A DNA stretch of 64,000 bases from Eutreptiella sp. 'Long Island Sound 2002' (lineage: Eukaryota; Protista; Euglenida): NCBI GenBank assembly GCA_964036045.1, contig OZ038378.1, positions 96,224,001-96,288,000 on the forward strand, given 5' to 3'. The first letter of the stretch is position 1. Every line of letters begins with the position of its first letter. Below the pieces are notes generated by a model. The model saw only the letters and a list, made by a program, of their open reading frames with translations, ran no database searches and was not told the origin of the DNA. Positions 50,100 through 63,378 of this stretch are shown piece by piece. The translations under genes were made by a program, and so were the position numbers.

Positions 50100-51726
50100 T
50101 ACGTGTTGGCTCTGGTGGCGCACGCATCCTCTGATCCCCTGCTCTTGGAAATAACATTCTCGATTATGTGCTCCGACGCCGGGGGATCCCGCATGACGTG
50201 ATGGGCTGGACTTAATGTAACATTCCCGACGTAATCGGTCGGCCCCTGGGTCCTGCGTGTTGGGCTGCCCCCACTGCTCCGGTCCACCTCGTGGCAGGCT
50301 TGTGGGAGAGGAAGGTCAGGCGGAATGACAGGTCTGTGTCGGGCCCCCGGTCCCTTTACTCGACGCTGATGGATTGCGGGGGCGTGGGGAGCGTGGCCCT
50401 CACCCGGATACCTGGGAGGAATTGGTTGGGGTTCGATGGGTGTTCGTGCTCGATAGCACGGTCCATAGGGCTGCCAAGAGTAGCCCGCATTTGTTGGGTG
50501 CCGGCTGCCTAAGTCGTGTAGCCCAGTGTTACTCTCGCAGGCGCGTCCGATCGACAGGCGTCGGCGGATTGTGTTGCGCGGTCGTGCTTCGTCGGGTTGT
50601 GCGGGGGGCTCTGGCAGGTAAGGTCGGCCTGCCCGGGTTCGTCGCGGTTTATGGCTGGTCTCTTGGCCGCTGGTTTGACGCCCATTGTCAGGGTCTCCGG
50701 TGAGGTGAGGCGGTCCCAGGGGTGCCGCATTGTCTCCTCATCAGCAGGTGGCCGCTGTGGGGCTCCTGCCCCATGTGTCGCGTGTGTCGTCGCATTTTGG
50801 CCGCAGTGCGCCTCCGGTTCCTGGAGTGTCCTTCGGTCGGTATGTTGCCCTTCCAGTGCCGGCGACCGGCAGCGGTGGGCAGGGCACGCGTTTGCCGTGT
50901 TTGGCAGGGCGCGACGGTCCTGATGGTGTCGCCTCGCGTGGTCATGGGGGCGTGTTCCTGGTCTCGGCTTGCAGTGCTTTAGGGCCCGGGGGGCCTTCCC
51001 ATACGCCGCACGAGGGCGCTGCGGAGGGCACTGAGGATCTCGTGCACAAGGGCTGCGTTTGCTGCTTGGGCTTCCGTCTCAGTGCCGATGGCGGGCTGCT
51101 GTTGCCCGCTCATCCCAAGCGCCCGGATCTGGTGGATCGCGAAAACAGGGCACAGGTTCGTTGCGCCAGGGATCTCTGACGTCCGCTCGCGCTGGGGGAT
51201 GGCCTCAAGTTGCTGCTGCCGGAACCTCCACGTTGCCATCCAGTCCCTGGTGTGCGAGCAGCGGCGCTGAGCCAACCGCCAGAGGCAGTAGAGGGCATGC
51301 CCCGGGTGCCAGGTGCCTGCTTCCCCCGACAGGACGGCTGCCAGGGGGTCTGGGGGTTGGTTTTCGGGCAGGGGGGTGGGGCCCTTCAACAGGGCTGCTC
51401 GCGCCGGGAGCATGGAGTCGACGGCTTCCAGGTTCCAGTGGCACTCCTGCGGGTGCGGGGTGCTCCGCACCTGTTGGTAGTGGCCACTTTCGAACACAAT
51501 CATGGAGGTGGTGCGGGTGTCATCTTTGCGTCGCGGGGGTCCTGCGCGTGCTGTCTCGACAGCTGGTGGGTACCGCTCCACCAGATCCCTGAGGTTGCGC
51601 CCCTCGTCGGGGACCGTCCTGCTTTCCCATTCCGCAAGGCTGTTGTACGGTGAGATGTTGAGGGCGTTGGCTCTCCATTGTGGGGCGGCCCTTTCCTGGC
51701 ACCCGGTGCTGGGCGCGGGCCTGGAA
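50100..51726 (-). pseudogene. Retroelement-like segment with a Ulp1/C48-like cysteine protease motif set
   Basis: IVFESGHY (H), NLEAVDSM (D), QQLEAIPQ...NLCPVFAI (Q, C) at about 51505-51130. Confidence 0.55.
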
Positions 51727-54700
51727 CCGTGGTATACCTCGGCACAAAACTGCTCGGAAGTTCCCACGAATCCCGCAAAGGGGCAAATTCCTTCCAACGA
51801 ACCTTGTATCGCCTCCACCCCGGCCAGGCGGGGTCCGGCTTGCCCGTTAGGATTCTCTTCGCGGTATAGTCATCCTCCTCCACGTCATCGTAGGAGTCCA
51901 AGTCTCCGGGGTTGAACCCAAACGTCACTGCTCGCCTGCTGGGATCCGGCGCCAGCGGTTGAAGTTGTTTATGGTCCTGATGCAGGATTTTGTTGTCCCC
52001 CAGCTGGACGGGATACACGTCTCGCCCGATCCTGCGCACGAGGACCCCTGGGACATACCGAGACTGTTGGCGATGGCGGGTTAGCACGTCCTTGTGATGG
52101 CGCTCCATCCAAACGGTGTCCTTGAGGCAGTACTTGTGGATCTTGCCTTCCTTGAAGTACTTGGCCCTCCGCTCATTCTCATCAAGCAAGGACTTGCACC
52201 CCCTGGCTGCTGTGGCAACCGCTTCACTCATCATGGCGTCCGCATCCCAAGAAACCTTGCCATGGTTCATCCACGGGAGAGTTCAAGACACTCAATCGCG
52301 TAGGAATAAAATACGGTGCAGACACAATCTCCTAGGCATCAAAAAGTCATGGAACGCTTGTAAAACCCTGCAAAGAGAATGGAACCAATTCCTCCCGGGC
52401 TCCTCGATGTGCAATTTGGGGAACCTTTCGAACATTTGCCTCCCGGCGGCCCCCCCGTGAGGCCGTTTGACCGGCAATGATACGCCACGGTCTTGGCATG
52501 TCGAATACCCATGTGCTTGCACATGTTCTTCAACCAGGATCCCACACATTGACTCCCCCGGTCGCTGCAGATGATTGTCAACTAATGACAGATCATGGCT
52601 TGGGCGACGGTCTTGGCTTGGAGATCCACTCCATGCTTGTCCTTCTTGTCTCTCTCCTTGGACCTCTTTGCCAGAATGGCCACAATATACCCGCTATGTC
52701 CGTCCATGGCCGAAAGAATACATATTTGCCCCCCCAAACCGTGACCTCAGGCATGGCAAACACGTCCACTGGCACTAAAGCGCATCAGTGCGTCGGGGAT
52801 CGCCGTATAAAACAGAAACTCCGCTGTGGAGTGCTTCAGGCTTTTTGTGGCCTACACTTGGCACAAGCGCTGCAGTAACGATTTAAGATTGCGTAGTATC
52901 CTGGAGGGAACTCAAACCCCCACTCCAGATCTCGTTGCATCTTGTCGCGGCCGAGATGCATAAGTTGGGTGTTGTGTCAAATGATCAATGAGCGCCTCGA
53001 CCCGGATTTCTGGCACCAATCGCTCGTCATTCACGAAGAGCTTGTCCCAGTTCTCTGTCAAGCCTCCAGGCCACTGATCGTCCGAACGGGCACTCACGGC
53101 GGTCCAATACTTGTTCAGATGCTCCGAGGCCGCATAATCCTCCGACCAATCCTCCATAAGCACCGACTCCACATATTCAATGGGTGCCATGAGGAATCCG
53201 TCCAAATTCTCCTCCACCGAAACCCGAACTCAGGCATCCCGTCGTTGGCTCAACTCCGCCTTGGATGCCATGACCACAAAGCACTTGGTGTCACCCTCAT
53301 CCTTGGCTTTCTGGAGCTCAATGACCCCTTTGACCTCCACCGTTTCCTTGGTGTCTCTGTGGCAAAATGAGTCCATCCAACCCTTGCCAGCGGGATAAGC
53401 CGGACAACTGAGGCAATCAGCGGCAGTATTGTCCTTCCCGGGGACGTAGACAACGCTCAAGTCTAACTTCGCAACTGTTTTCTGCCATCAGGCGCGCTTT
53501 GCCGCTGGACCAGAGGGGTCATCCACATGCTCCTAGTGCCAGCTCCGAAGTAATTGATGATCAGTTCATACCACGACGGGTTGAAGTCCAATTTGGCTCA
53601 AACTTTTGCGGAGCGCGCACACAATGGCATAAGTCTCCTTCTCTCTTGCGGTCCAGGTCAGACGCTGGCCTTCTGCCCAGAATCGACTCCAAAAGGCCAC
53701 CGGAACATGCGTTCCATCGCACCGGACTTGCTCGAGGACTGCCCCTACGGCATAGTCCCAGGCGTGCTAGCGCAGCACAAATCCAATGTCGGGGTCCACC
53801 AGGAAAAGACCCAATAGACCCAATAGTCGTTCCTTCACTTTCCTGAACGCTTCTTCGGCTTCAGATGTCCATACCAATTTTTCCTGCTTCCCTTGCGACC
53901 ACCGAACTTCCCCAATTGTAGCATCTTGTGGAGAGGCCCCGAGAGATCCGCATACATTCGTACATTATAATTGCAAAATTCCATGAATGACCGGAATTCA
54001 CTGATTGTTTTCCGGTGGCTTTTCCGGGTGGCGTAGTACTGCCAATTCCCCAGGGCATCGGTCGACGTTCCCTGTGAGCAACCACATGTCCAGCGAACTA
54101 CTCATCTCTCACAAACAGTTAGGCCTTTGTGGGCTGCTGACCATGCTGTGCTTGTCCAAGATCCCGAATTTTCGGCGCAATTCCTTCTCATGCGCGGCAA
54201 TGAGCTCATCGTCAGTCATGTCCTCGGTGCCCGACTCAACGACGATATCATCAACAAACGGGTCGGCACAATCTGGGACGGGTTGCAGCCCTCCTCCATC
54301 ATGCGTTGAAAGGCAGCATTCCCATTTTAGGCTCCCATGGGAAATACCTTCCATTGCATGGGCCCCAGCGGAGTGAACATCGCTGTGCATTTCCCGGAGT
54401 CCTCATGCAGCAGCATTTGGTAGTTCCCATGCTTCATGTCCAACATCTTGAGGATGCGCTTCTTCTGTTGCTTTTGTAGGATGCAGGCAATCAGCAGTAT
54501 TGAGTACGAGTCCTGCTCGGTTTGTTCGTTCAATCCCCTGCAATCGACAACCAATCTCCATTCACCTTTCTCCTTTTTTCGGAGGATCAAGGCCGGGATT
54601 GCCCACTCACTATCGGAGGGTTCAAACCAACCACACTCAATAAGTTCCATCAAGAGTTTCTTCGTCGCTTCCAATCGTTCCCCTTGCAGTTGATATTCCG

Positions 54701-54738
54701 GGCCTTCTGGTTTGGTTTCAGCTTGCTCTAGGCCCTAC
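51727..54738 (-). mobile_element. Degenerate chromoviral Ty3/gypsy pol (RT, RNase H, integrase, chromodomain)
   Basis: GWFEPSDSEW..P.....KKEKGEWRLVVD.RGLN, LDMKHGNYQM, PMGA, FVDDIVV, RNase H region about 53450-53830, SDRGSQ...AYH.RSNG integrase, DDYTAKRIL...RYKVRWK..WE chromodomain. Confidence 0.92.
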
Positions 54739-55595
54739 CACCTTTGATTTTACCGGGCACAAAGTGGCCAAAACCCGGATTCTATCCAAATGGTTGACAC
54801 AATTGACACATCTTTGTTGTGTATTAAGCTTGTTTTGAAAATTTTGTGGTTTTTGCCTATCATTCATAATAAGAGTTGACGCATGGCTCATTTTGAGTGC
54901 CAAGATGTCATGCACATCCAATATTTCGGGCAAAACAAAAACTCAATTTGTGTGGCAAAATGAATTACTTACTTGTCCAACACAATGCAAAATTGAAACC
55001 ATTGCAATTTATGTAGACAACATAGTCTGACCCTGATCTACACACGATTCACATTGTCCTTGTGCTTTTTGTCTTGCACCATGCAGTTATAATGTGATAT
55101 GCTCGTCAATACCCCAACTTTTCATAACAAACATTTCACTAAAAAAATCATACAAATGCCAAATCATTTGTTTCACCCAATGTCTGGCAACGGATCACTG
55201 CACCTACCAACTGTCGTCAACCTTGTACGCCGCCCTAAACTCTGACCAAAACGGATCTTCTTGCAGTCTCTGCCTCGCATGCGTTTTATTACTTCAAATC
55301 TACCAAAATCAATCCTTGCCAAGCATGCAATGGGTTGTTGCACTTCACAGGGTTGCGTAATAATCATATGCAAAATGAGTCTCGCACATGCAAAATCGCT
55401 CGCTGTATGTCAGCATGGAGGCAACAACTAATGGATGCAGGAAATGCCTGTGCTGCCATCAATCCTTGCCAAGCATGCAGTGGGTTGTTGCACTTCAGCG
55501 GGTTGCTGATAAATATTAACTGGTGAAGCAACAGAAAAATTGTCATCGCTGTGTGTTGTACCCTCAGCAGATGGTTCAAAAACAGCTGTAATCAA

Positions 55596-58010
55596 TTAAC
55601 TTACAAATTCAGAAGAGGCCACTGGCTGAACTGTAACTCTGACTACCATCAACGAATCGTAATATGCAAAATGAGTCTTGCAGCTGCAAAGTCGCTGCAT
55701 TTCAGCAACAGCTAATGGATGGAGGAACACAGAAAAACATGCAGTGCGCTCCATGCCTCTGGTGTCAGCACACGTGGCACAATGTGCAGTGGGTTGTTGT
55801 GCAGCAATGGTTTGCTGAGAAATAATCACTGATCAAGAAACAGAGAAGTAGCTCAGGTTAAGCAATCAAACATTGTGACTGTCCCTGCTGGCCTTGCAGA
55901 AGCAGCTGCTGCTGCTGCCCCTGCAGAAGTTGCTGCAACAGCGGCCCCTGCTGCCCCTGCAGAAAATGCTGCTGCTGCCCCTGCAGAAAATGCTACTGCC
56001 CCTGGAGATGCTGCCCTTGCAGAAATTGCTGCCCTTGCAGAAGTTGCTGCCCTTGCAGAAGGTTCTGCAGCGTTTTCTGGTTCTGTGCTTGTTCTCGCAG
56101 CAATGGCAACCCTTGTGGAGGCAACGCTGTCGGGACACTCTGCAATGGGTGCACTGTGTGCTGTGTTGGTGGTGGCATCAAACTTTGCAATACCTGTGTT
56201 ACCAACTGTGCCGGCATCTGTGGCATCTGTGTCGGCAACTGTGTCTGCTGTGAAACTGAGCCCTGATTACCTGCCTCCTGACCCTGCCCTTCATTTCGCA
56301 GCAACTCCAGAATGGACTGCAGCTTGGAGGAAACGTCATCCCGTGTTTTGATTGTAGTGTCTGCTTTGTCCTCTGCCTCGACACCCTGCTCCGCATGCGC
56401 TGCTGCTGCTGCTGCTGCTGCTACAGCAGCTGCTGCTTCCTTCTGCGCCTGGGCTGCGGCCGTTTTTTTCGCCTTGTCCTCTGCCGCTTTTTTCGCCTTG
56501 TCCGCTGCTCGCTTCTCCGCTGCCGCAGCGCGCTTCTGCTCCTTTGCTGCTGCTGCAGCCTCCTTCTGAGCCTTGGCCGCTGCTGCCTTTTTTGTTCTTC
56601 CGGCGGCCTGCTTCTCTGCTGCGGCCCGTTTCTTCGCCTGCTCCTTTGCTGCTGCTGCTGCTTCCTTCTGTGCCCGATCTGCCGCCGCCTTTTTCGTTTT
56701 GTCAGCTGCCTCCTTCTCTACTGCGGCGCGCTTCCTCTCCGTTGCTGTTGCTGCTGCATCCTTCTTCGGCACCACCATGCTCCCGTCATCGCCCCCATCT
56801 CCGCTGTCGCTGCTCACATGGATGTCCGCAGCACTATCGAGCCTCTGATTGCCTTTGGCCTGAAGACGACACAAAGCGAACAATGAACATCGCATGAAGA
56901 CAGGGTTGCAGGCACTGTGGTGGGGTAAGAATTAGGTAAAGTAAGGTGAGGAGAAGGGTGCGCGATATGAGAAACCAGGGGGGGGGGTGCTACCTCTGAG
57001 GCCTGGTCTGCTGCTACTTGCGGCCGCACCATGGTGGGACAGGACAACAAGAGTGTTCATGTATCTCCGTGAAAAATCATATGCCTCTGCACAGCTGTGG
57101 TGCCGGGTGGAGGGGGAACTCGTGCTGGTGTGGGGGGTGAGACCTAATGCTAGTGTGGGGGGGGGGGGGAGGGCTTGTGTTTGTGTGTGCAGGGGGGGGG
57201 GGGTTCAAAGGGTTGCCTGTTTGTCTGAGGAGAGACAATTTTTGGAAAGCACGGAGCAAATACCTCCGCATGAATGACACTAGGTAGCATCAACCCAGGG
57301 TCACCGTATTGCAGTACTACTAAGTAGCCTGGTTCATGTGGGTGTTTGAGCGTTTGACGCTCATCCATGGCTGGCACTTGCAGGATCTCACCGTTCCGGA
57401 TTGCAATGTCAGCTCCAGCAACCTTCATGCTCCACAATGTAGGTTTCAAGGGCACAAAAATAGTGTATCCCACACGTAGCTCAGCCCATGCACTTGTGTA
57501 CCCTGTACCAGAACTAATTTTGGCTGAATAGCCTCCGACATATGGGTAGTCTCCAGTCGTCCCTAGCTTCTGCATGATGGCCGCAAAGTCATCTGACAAA
57601 GAGGCCCCTTTCCCGCACTGCATACAGGGGCAACAATTTCAGATTGACTGCTGCCTCATCATGCGCCCAGTCACCACGCCCAACATGCCCAAAAGCATGT
57701 TGCGCCTTTTGCAGCAGAATCCTTGCCAATGGCAATTTACGAACACATACTCCTAAACCCTCTTGTGGGAGTGGACGCATGGTACCCAGCATTCCTCCTC
57801 CCACCACTGGGGACCTTGTAACCCCTGAATCTACCACACTACCGCCCGAGCCCCGGGTGTCATCCTCTGGTTCGGGTGCTGGAGGCTCTGTGGCCTGTGA
57901 ATTTGCCCTGGGGGTGACCATGTCCATGGCTTTGGATTCCTCCGTTGGTACTGCAGGTCCACTACTGGGCTTGCCTTGGTTCTGGGCCCAGTAACAACTT
58001 CACCACGAGC
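55596..58010 (-). pseudogene. 5'-truncated duplicate of the cargo gene with a premature stop
   Basis: Lacks the first exon start; TAG at 55993-55995 where the other copy has TCG. Confidence 0.65.
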
Positions 58011-58434
58011 TGGGGATTTGGGGTGTGTCTGTGCTTTTGTGCGCGCTCTGCTTGTACGCCGCCTCTCCTGGCTGGGGTGTTGGGGTGTGCGTGTTTGTGT
58101 GCGCGCTCCGCTTGTACCCCGCCACTCCTGGCCGCGGTGTGCGCTGTGGGTGTGTGTGCTTGGGCTGGGGTTTCGGCTGCGCCCCGCGACCCCTGGCGGG
58201 GACGTCGGGGTGTGTGTGTGCTTGTGTGCGCGCTCCGCTTGTACCCCACCTCTCCCGGCTGTGGTGTGCGGTGTGGGTGGGTGTGCTTGGGCTCGGGTTT
58301 CGGCTGCGCCCCGTCACTCCTGGCTGGGGTGTTGGGGTGTGTGTGTGATTGTGTGCGCGCTTCGCTTGTACCCCGCCAGTCCTGGCTAGGGTGTGCATTA
58401 TGGGTGCATGTGTTTGGACTCGGGTTTCGGCTGC
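58011..58434. repeat. GT-orientation minisatellite fragment
   Basis: Same ~62-bp monomers; its first ~65 nt match 63936-64000 by eye. Confidence 0.9.
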
Positions 58435-58538
58435 GGTGAAGCGACAGAAAAATTGTCATCGCTGTGTGTTGTACCCTCAGCAGATGGTTCAAAAACAGCT
58501 GTAATCAATTAACTTACAAATTCAGAAGAGGCCACTGG

Positions 58539-61110
58539 CTAAACTGTAACTCTGACTACCATCAACGAATCGTAATATGCAAAATGAGTCTTGCAGCTGC
58601 AAAGTCGCTGCATTTCAGCAACAGCTAATGGATGGAGGAACACAGAAAAACATGCAGTGCGCTCCATGCCTCTGGTGTCAGCACACGTGGCACAATGTGC
58701 AGTGGGTTGTTGTGCAGCAATGGTTTGCTGAGAAATAATCACTGATCAAGAAACAGAGAAGTAGCTCAGGTTAAGCAATCAAACATTGTGACTGTCCCTG
58801 CTGGCCTTGCAGAAGCTGCTGCTGCTGCTGCCCCTGCAGAAGTTGCTGCAACAGCGGCCCCTGCTGCCCCTGCAGAAAATGCTGCTGCTGCCCCTGCAGA
58901 AAATGCGACTGCCCCTGGAGATGCTGCCCTTGCAGAAATTGCTGCCCTTGCAGAAGTTGCTGCCCTTGCAGAAGGTTCTGCAGCGTTTTCTGGTTCTGTG
59001 CTTGTGCTCGCAGCAATGGCAACCCTTGTGGAGGCAACGCTGTCGGGACACTCTGCAATGGGTGCACTGTGTGCTGTGTTGGTGGTGGCATCAAACTTTG
59101 CAATACCTGTGTTACCAACTGTGCCGGCATCTGTGGCATCTGTGTCGGCAACTGTGTCTGCTGTGAAACTGAGCCCTGATTACCTGCCTCCTGACCCTGC
59201 CCTTCATTTCGCAGCAACTCCAGAATGGACTGCAGCTTGGAGGAAACGTCATCCCGTGTTTTGATTGTAGTGTCTGCTTTGTCCTCTGCCTCGACACCCT
59301 GCTCCGCATGCGCTGCTGCTGCTGCTGCTGCTGCTACAGCAGCTGCTGCTTCCTTCTGCGCCTGGGCTGCGGCCGTTTTTTTCGCCTTGTCCTCTGCCGC
59401 TTTTTTCGCCTTGTCCGCTGCTCGCTTCTCCGCTGCCGCAGCGCGCTTCTGCTCCTTTGCTGCTGCTGCAGCCTCCTTCTGAGCCTTGGCCGCTGCTGCC
59501 TTTTTTGTTCTTCCGGAGGCCTGCTTCTCTGCTGCGGCCCGTTTCTTCGCCTGCTCCTTTGCTGCTGCTGCTGCTTCCTTCTGTGCCCGATCTGCCGCCG
59601 CCTTTTTCGTTTTGTCAGCTGCCTCCTTCTCTACTGCGGCGCGCTTCCTCTCCGTTGCTGTTGCTGCTGCATCCTTCTTCGGCACCACCATGCTCCCGTC
59701 ATCGCCCCCATCTCCGCTGTCGCTGCTCACATGGATGTCCGCAGCACTATCGAGCCTCCGATTGCCTTTGGCCTGAAGACGACACAAAGCGAACAATGAA
59801 CATCGCATGAAGACAGGGTTGCAGGCACTGTGGTGGGGTAAGAATTAGGTAAAGTAAGGTGAGGAGAAGGGTGCGCGATATGAGAAACCAGGGGGGGGGT
59901 GCTACCTCTGAGGCCTGGTCTGCTGCTACTTGCGGCCGCACCATGGTGGGACAGGACAACAAGAGTGTTCATGTATCTCCGTGAAAAATCATATGCCTCT
60001 GCACAGCTGTGGTGCCGGGTGGAGGGGGAACTCGTGCTGGTGTGGGGGGTGAGACCTAATGCTAGTGTGGGGGGGGGGGGAAGGGCTTGTGTTTGTGTGT
60101 GCAGGGGGGGGGGGTTCAAAGGGTTGCCTGTTTGTCTGAGGAGAGACAATTTTTGGAAAGCACGGAGCAAATACCTCCGCATGAATGACACTAGGTAGCA
60201 TCAACCCAGGGTCACCGTATTGCAGTACTACTAAGTAGCCTGGTTCATGTGGGTGTTTGAGCGTTTGACGCTCATCCATGGCTGGCACTTGCAGGATCTC
60301 ACCGTTCCGGATTGCAATGTCAGCTCCAGCAACCTTCATGCTCCACAATGTAGGTTTCAAGGGCACAAAAATAGTGTATCCCACACGTAGCTCAGCCCAT
60401 GCACTTGTGTACCCTGTACCAGAACTAATTTTGGCTGAATAGCCTCCGACATATGGGTAGTCTCCAGTCGTCCCTAGCTTCTGCATGATGGCCGCAAAGT
60501 CATCTGACAAAGAGGCCCCTTTCCCGCACTGCATACAGGGGCAACAATTTCAGATTGACTGCTGCCTCATCATGCGCCCAGTCACCACGCCCAACATGCC
60601 CAAAAGCATGTTGCGCCTTTTGCAGCAGAATCCTTGCCAATGGCAATTTACGAACACATACTCCTAAACCCTCTTGTGGGAGTGGACGCATGGTACCCAG
60701 CATTCCTCCTCCCACCACTGGGGACCTTGTAACCCCTGAATCTACCACACTACCGCCCGAGCCCCGGGTGTCATCCTCTGGTTCGGGTGCTGGAGGCTCT
60801 GTGGCCTGTGAATTTGCCCTGGGGGTGACCATGTCCATGGCCTTGGATTCCTCCGTTGGTACTGCAGGTCCACTACTGGGCTTGCCTTGGTTCTGGGCCC
60901 AGTAACAACTTCACCACGAGCCGCCAGCAGGGTCACAGGTATGGTGGTACTGGGTGTACCAAGTGGAAGCATAGAACCCCACAGGGCCCACACTGGCTCA
61001 CGCAGTTTTACGCCCAGAGTGGCAGCAGTAATCACTGCATCAGGGCGGACTTGTCGGAGGATGACATCACTACAGATAAACTGCCCTTCTATGTCCTTTG
61101 GGGTTAACAT
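58539..61110 (-). CDS. Multi-exon cargo gene of unknown function (K/A-rich coil, Q-rich tract, Cys/His-rich last exon)
   Basis: ATG 61110 follows a pyrimidine tract plus AG; open exonic ORFs 60742-61197, 60500-60838, 59989-60534, 58771-59808. A ~45-nt GT-AG intron (about 58786-58742) joins in frame to exon 58539-58742. Full exon structure not resolved. Confidence 0.55.
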
Positions 61111-61787
61111 TGTCAGTCTAGGGAGGAAATTGATGATAGGTAAGAGGCAAAAGTGTGCAGAGCCCCCCGGGGGGGGGGGATCCTTGGGGTTGTACACAAC
61201 ACCTCAACTGAGCGGGGGGGGGGGCGATTTTTGGGTGTGTGCACAATGAAGAAACTGCGACATAGTGGAGTGTGGCAACACAAAACACACTTGCTGCAAA
61301 TCCACCACCAGCACCACAGATCTCCACTTGCAGTTCAAGAATGACGAAGTCAACTGAAATCCACCAAAACCAGCAGCCCCAGGTCACGGAAATCAGAGTG
61401 AAGCCCAACCAGGATGCCCAAAACGACCTCGGAGGTCACAAAACCCGGAGTGAAATCCAAAAAGCAGGCCCTAAAGGACCTTCAGTGAAGCCTGTTGCGC
61501 AGCGCCAGAGTGCAGCAGCCCATTGCAGAGCACCACGGTGCAGAAGTGGAGGGCAACACGAAGCAGGTGAAGAATGCCCGTAGGTGGAAGGTCATCGAAA
61601 TCAGGCCCATGCCCAAAGTCAACTCAAAGTATACTGTGCACGGAAGTGGAAAACCAGGAGTCACACAAAACAGGCAGCAGCAAGCAGCAGCAGCAGCAGC
61701 ATGCCGTTCACCGGCAGTACACATCCAGTTCCTTACAGCAGTTCTCAACCATTCAAGACAGCTTGAACCGCCACTGCACCACAAACC

Positions 61788-62330
61788 GAGTTCTCAGTTA
61801 CCCACTCACCTCAATTTTCAACTTTATTTCAAAAGCCTGGCCCAACCTTTGTGACACGAAGTTCTTTAGCGCCTTGTACGCTGCGACCAGTTCAAACCGA
61901 GTTCTCAGTTAACCACACACCTTAGTTCTCAGTGTCATTTCAAAAACCTCGGCCAACCTTTGTGACGCGAAGTTCCTTAGCGCCTCGTACGGTGCGACCA
62001 GTTCAAAACAAGTTCTCAGTTAACCACACACCTCAGTTCTCATCGTCATTTCAAAGGCCTGTGGCAACCTTTGTGAAGCGAAGTTCTTTGGAGCCTCGTA
62101 CGCTGCAACCAGTTCAAGCCGAGTTCTGAGTTACCTGCACACCTCAGTTCTCAAAGTCAGTTCAAAAACCTGTGCCAACCTTTGTGAAGCAAAGTTCTTT
62201 TGAGCATCATAGGGTGGGACCAGTTCAAACTGACTTCTCAGTTAGCCACACACCTCAGTTCTCATTGTCATTTCAAACACCTGCCAACCTTTGTGAAGCC
62301 TAGTTCTTTTGAGCATTGTGCGGTGCAAAG
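61788..62330. repeat. 111-bp tandem repeat, about 5 copies, subterminal in the 8.25-kb element
   Basis: GAGTTCTCAGTT anchors at about 61788, 61899, 62010, 62121 and 62232. Confidence 0.9.
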
Positions 62331-62986
62331 GGCCCGTGCCTGCAAGTTTGAGACTATTTGCCAAAGATGAGCTACAAAGCCTGACCGTTGGAATGGGTAC
62401 TTCTGCACCACATGAGATCCCTTTTCAGGGAGGGTCAAGGGTTGCAGAACAGGCTTTGCAACAAATCAGGCAAATAGTAAACTCACACAGCCAAGACCGG
62501 GCAAAGAAGGCACAACACAAGCAAGTGCACAGCACGTCAAATGTCAACTGTTCCGAAACCTTTACCAGCAACACAAATCAAGTCCCAGGGACCTCAGTTC
62601 TCAACAGTTCTCACCAGATCAACGTTGTGTTTGCAAGCAAGGCAAAACAAAGGCAATTGCACAGCATAAGTCAGAAATGTTGTGTCAAAATTTAGCAGTC
62701 AATAGCCGGAAATGAGCTGATCGATCTGCACTACAGCTGAGCAGCACAAAAACAGCAGAACAGCAAGATTAAAACGACTTTTGGCAGGCATCTTTAGATT
62801 CAACCACAGCATTGTCATGTTCTGACACATCCACATTTTTGTGCCAAGGAATCCAATGTATTCAAGCAATGAATTTTGCAAAAATTCATGTTTGAACGAC
62901 AAATTTTTGGCACCGCGGCCGTTTCAGATCTGTGCGGTACCGGAAATACGGTTTTGGCCGCAGAATGCCCCACAAAATCATAGGTG

Positions 62987-63378
62987 ACCAAATTTCCTGT
63001 GATCCGGGGGATTCCTGTTGTCAACTTCACTAAATAGCCGCGGATAGGCTGCAATAACTCTATCCTTGAGATCGGCTAACTTTGGGTTCTCCTTGGCTTC
63101 TTCCTCCGCATGCTTGGGTATTGATACTACCGACCTTACAGCGCTATATGCCTCTTGTGGATCCAGGTGCGACATCTCCTCGTCCGATATGCCCTCTTCA
63201 TCGACGTTGGCCGCCGTTCCCACCGATAATGTTTGAAAAATTCGGGCCTTGTGCTGGAATTCGTCGGATTGCTCAGCCACTCTTGGAGAACCCCATGCCG
63301 GAGGGTCAGACCCTATGGGACCATCGTATTCGTCGGCGAAATGGTCCATAACTCTTGCCACGAACTCATCCTTCTCGA
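62987..63378 (-). pseudogene. Upstream continuation of gypsy gag-pol (protease-RT linker)
   Basis: KLADLKDRVIAAYPRLFS..NPPDHRKFG joins in frame to KLKP at about 54725 once the 8.25-kb insert is removed. Confidence 0.75.

Larger units (their letters stand above)
55522..60921. repeat. Near-identical 2.49-kb direct duplication separated by 424 bp of minisatellite
   Basis: 55522-58010 and 58435-60921 differ at few positions; 58011-58434 is GT minisatellite. Confidence 0.95.
54739..62986. mobile_element. 8.25-kb DNA element with CAC...GTG termini, imperfect 37-bp TIRs and 2-bp TSD (AC), inserted in gypsy pol
   Basis: CACCTTTGATTTTACCGGGCACAAAGTGGCCAAAACC versus right-end reverse complement CACCTATGATTTTGTGGGGCATTCTGCGGCCAAAACC (28/37). 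AC flanks both ends; excision gives in-frame gypsy RKFGRA*SKLKP. Confidence 0.8.

Noticed and set aside
55875-59799. Plus-strand Ala/Glu-rich and Cys-rich ORFs (55875-56351, 56395-56886 and duplicates)
   Set aside because: Antisense shadows of the CAG/GCA-rich minus-strand cargo gene.
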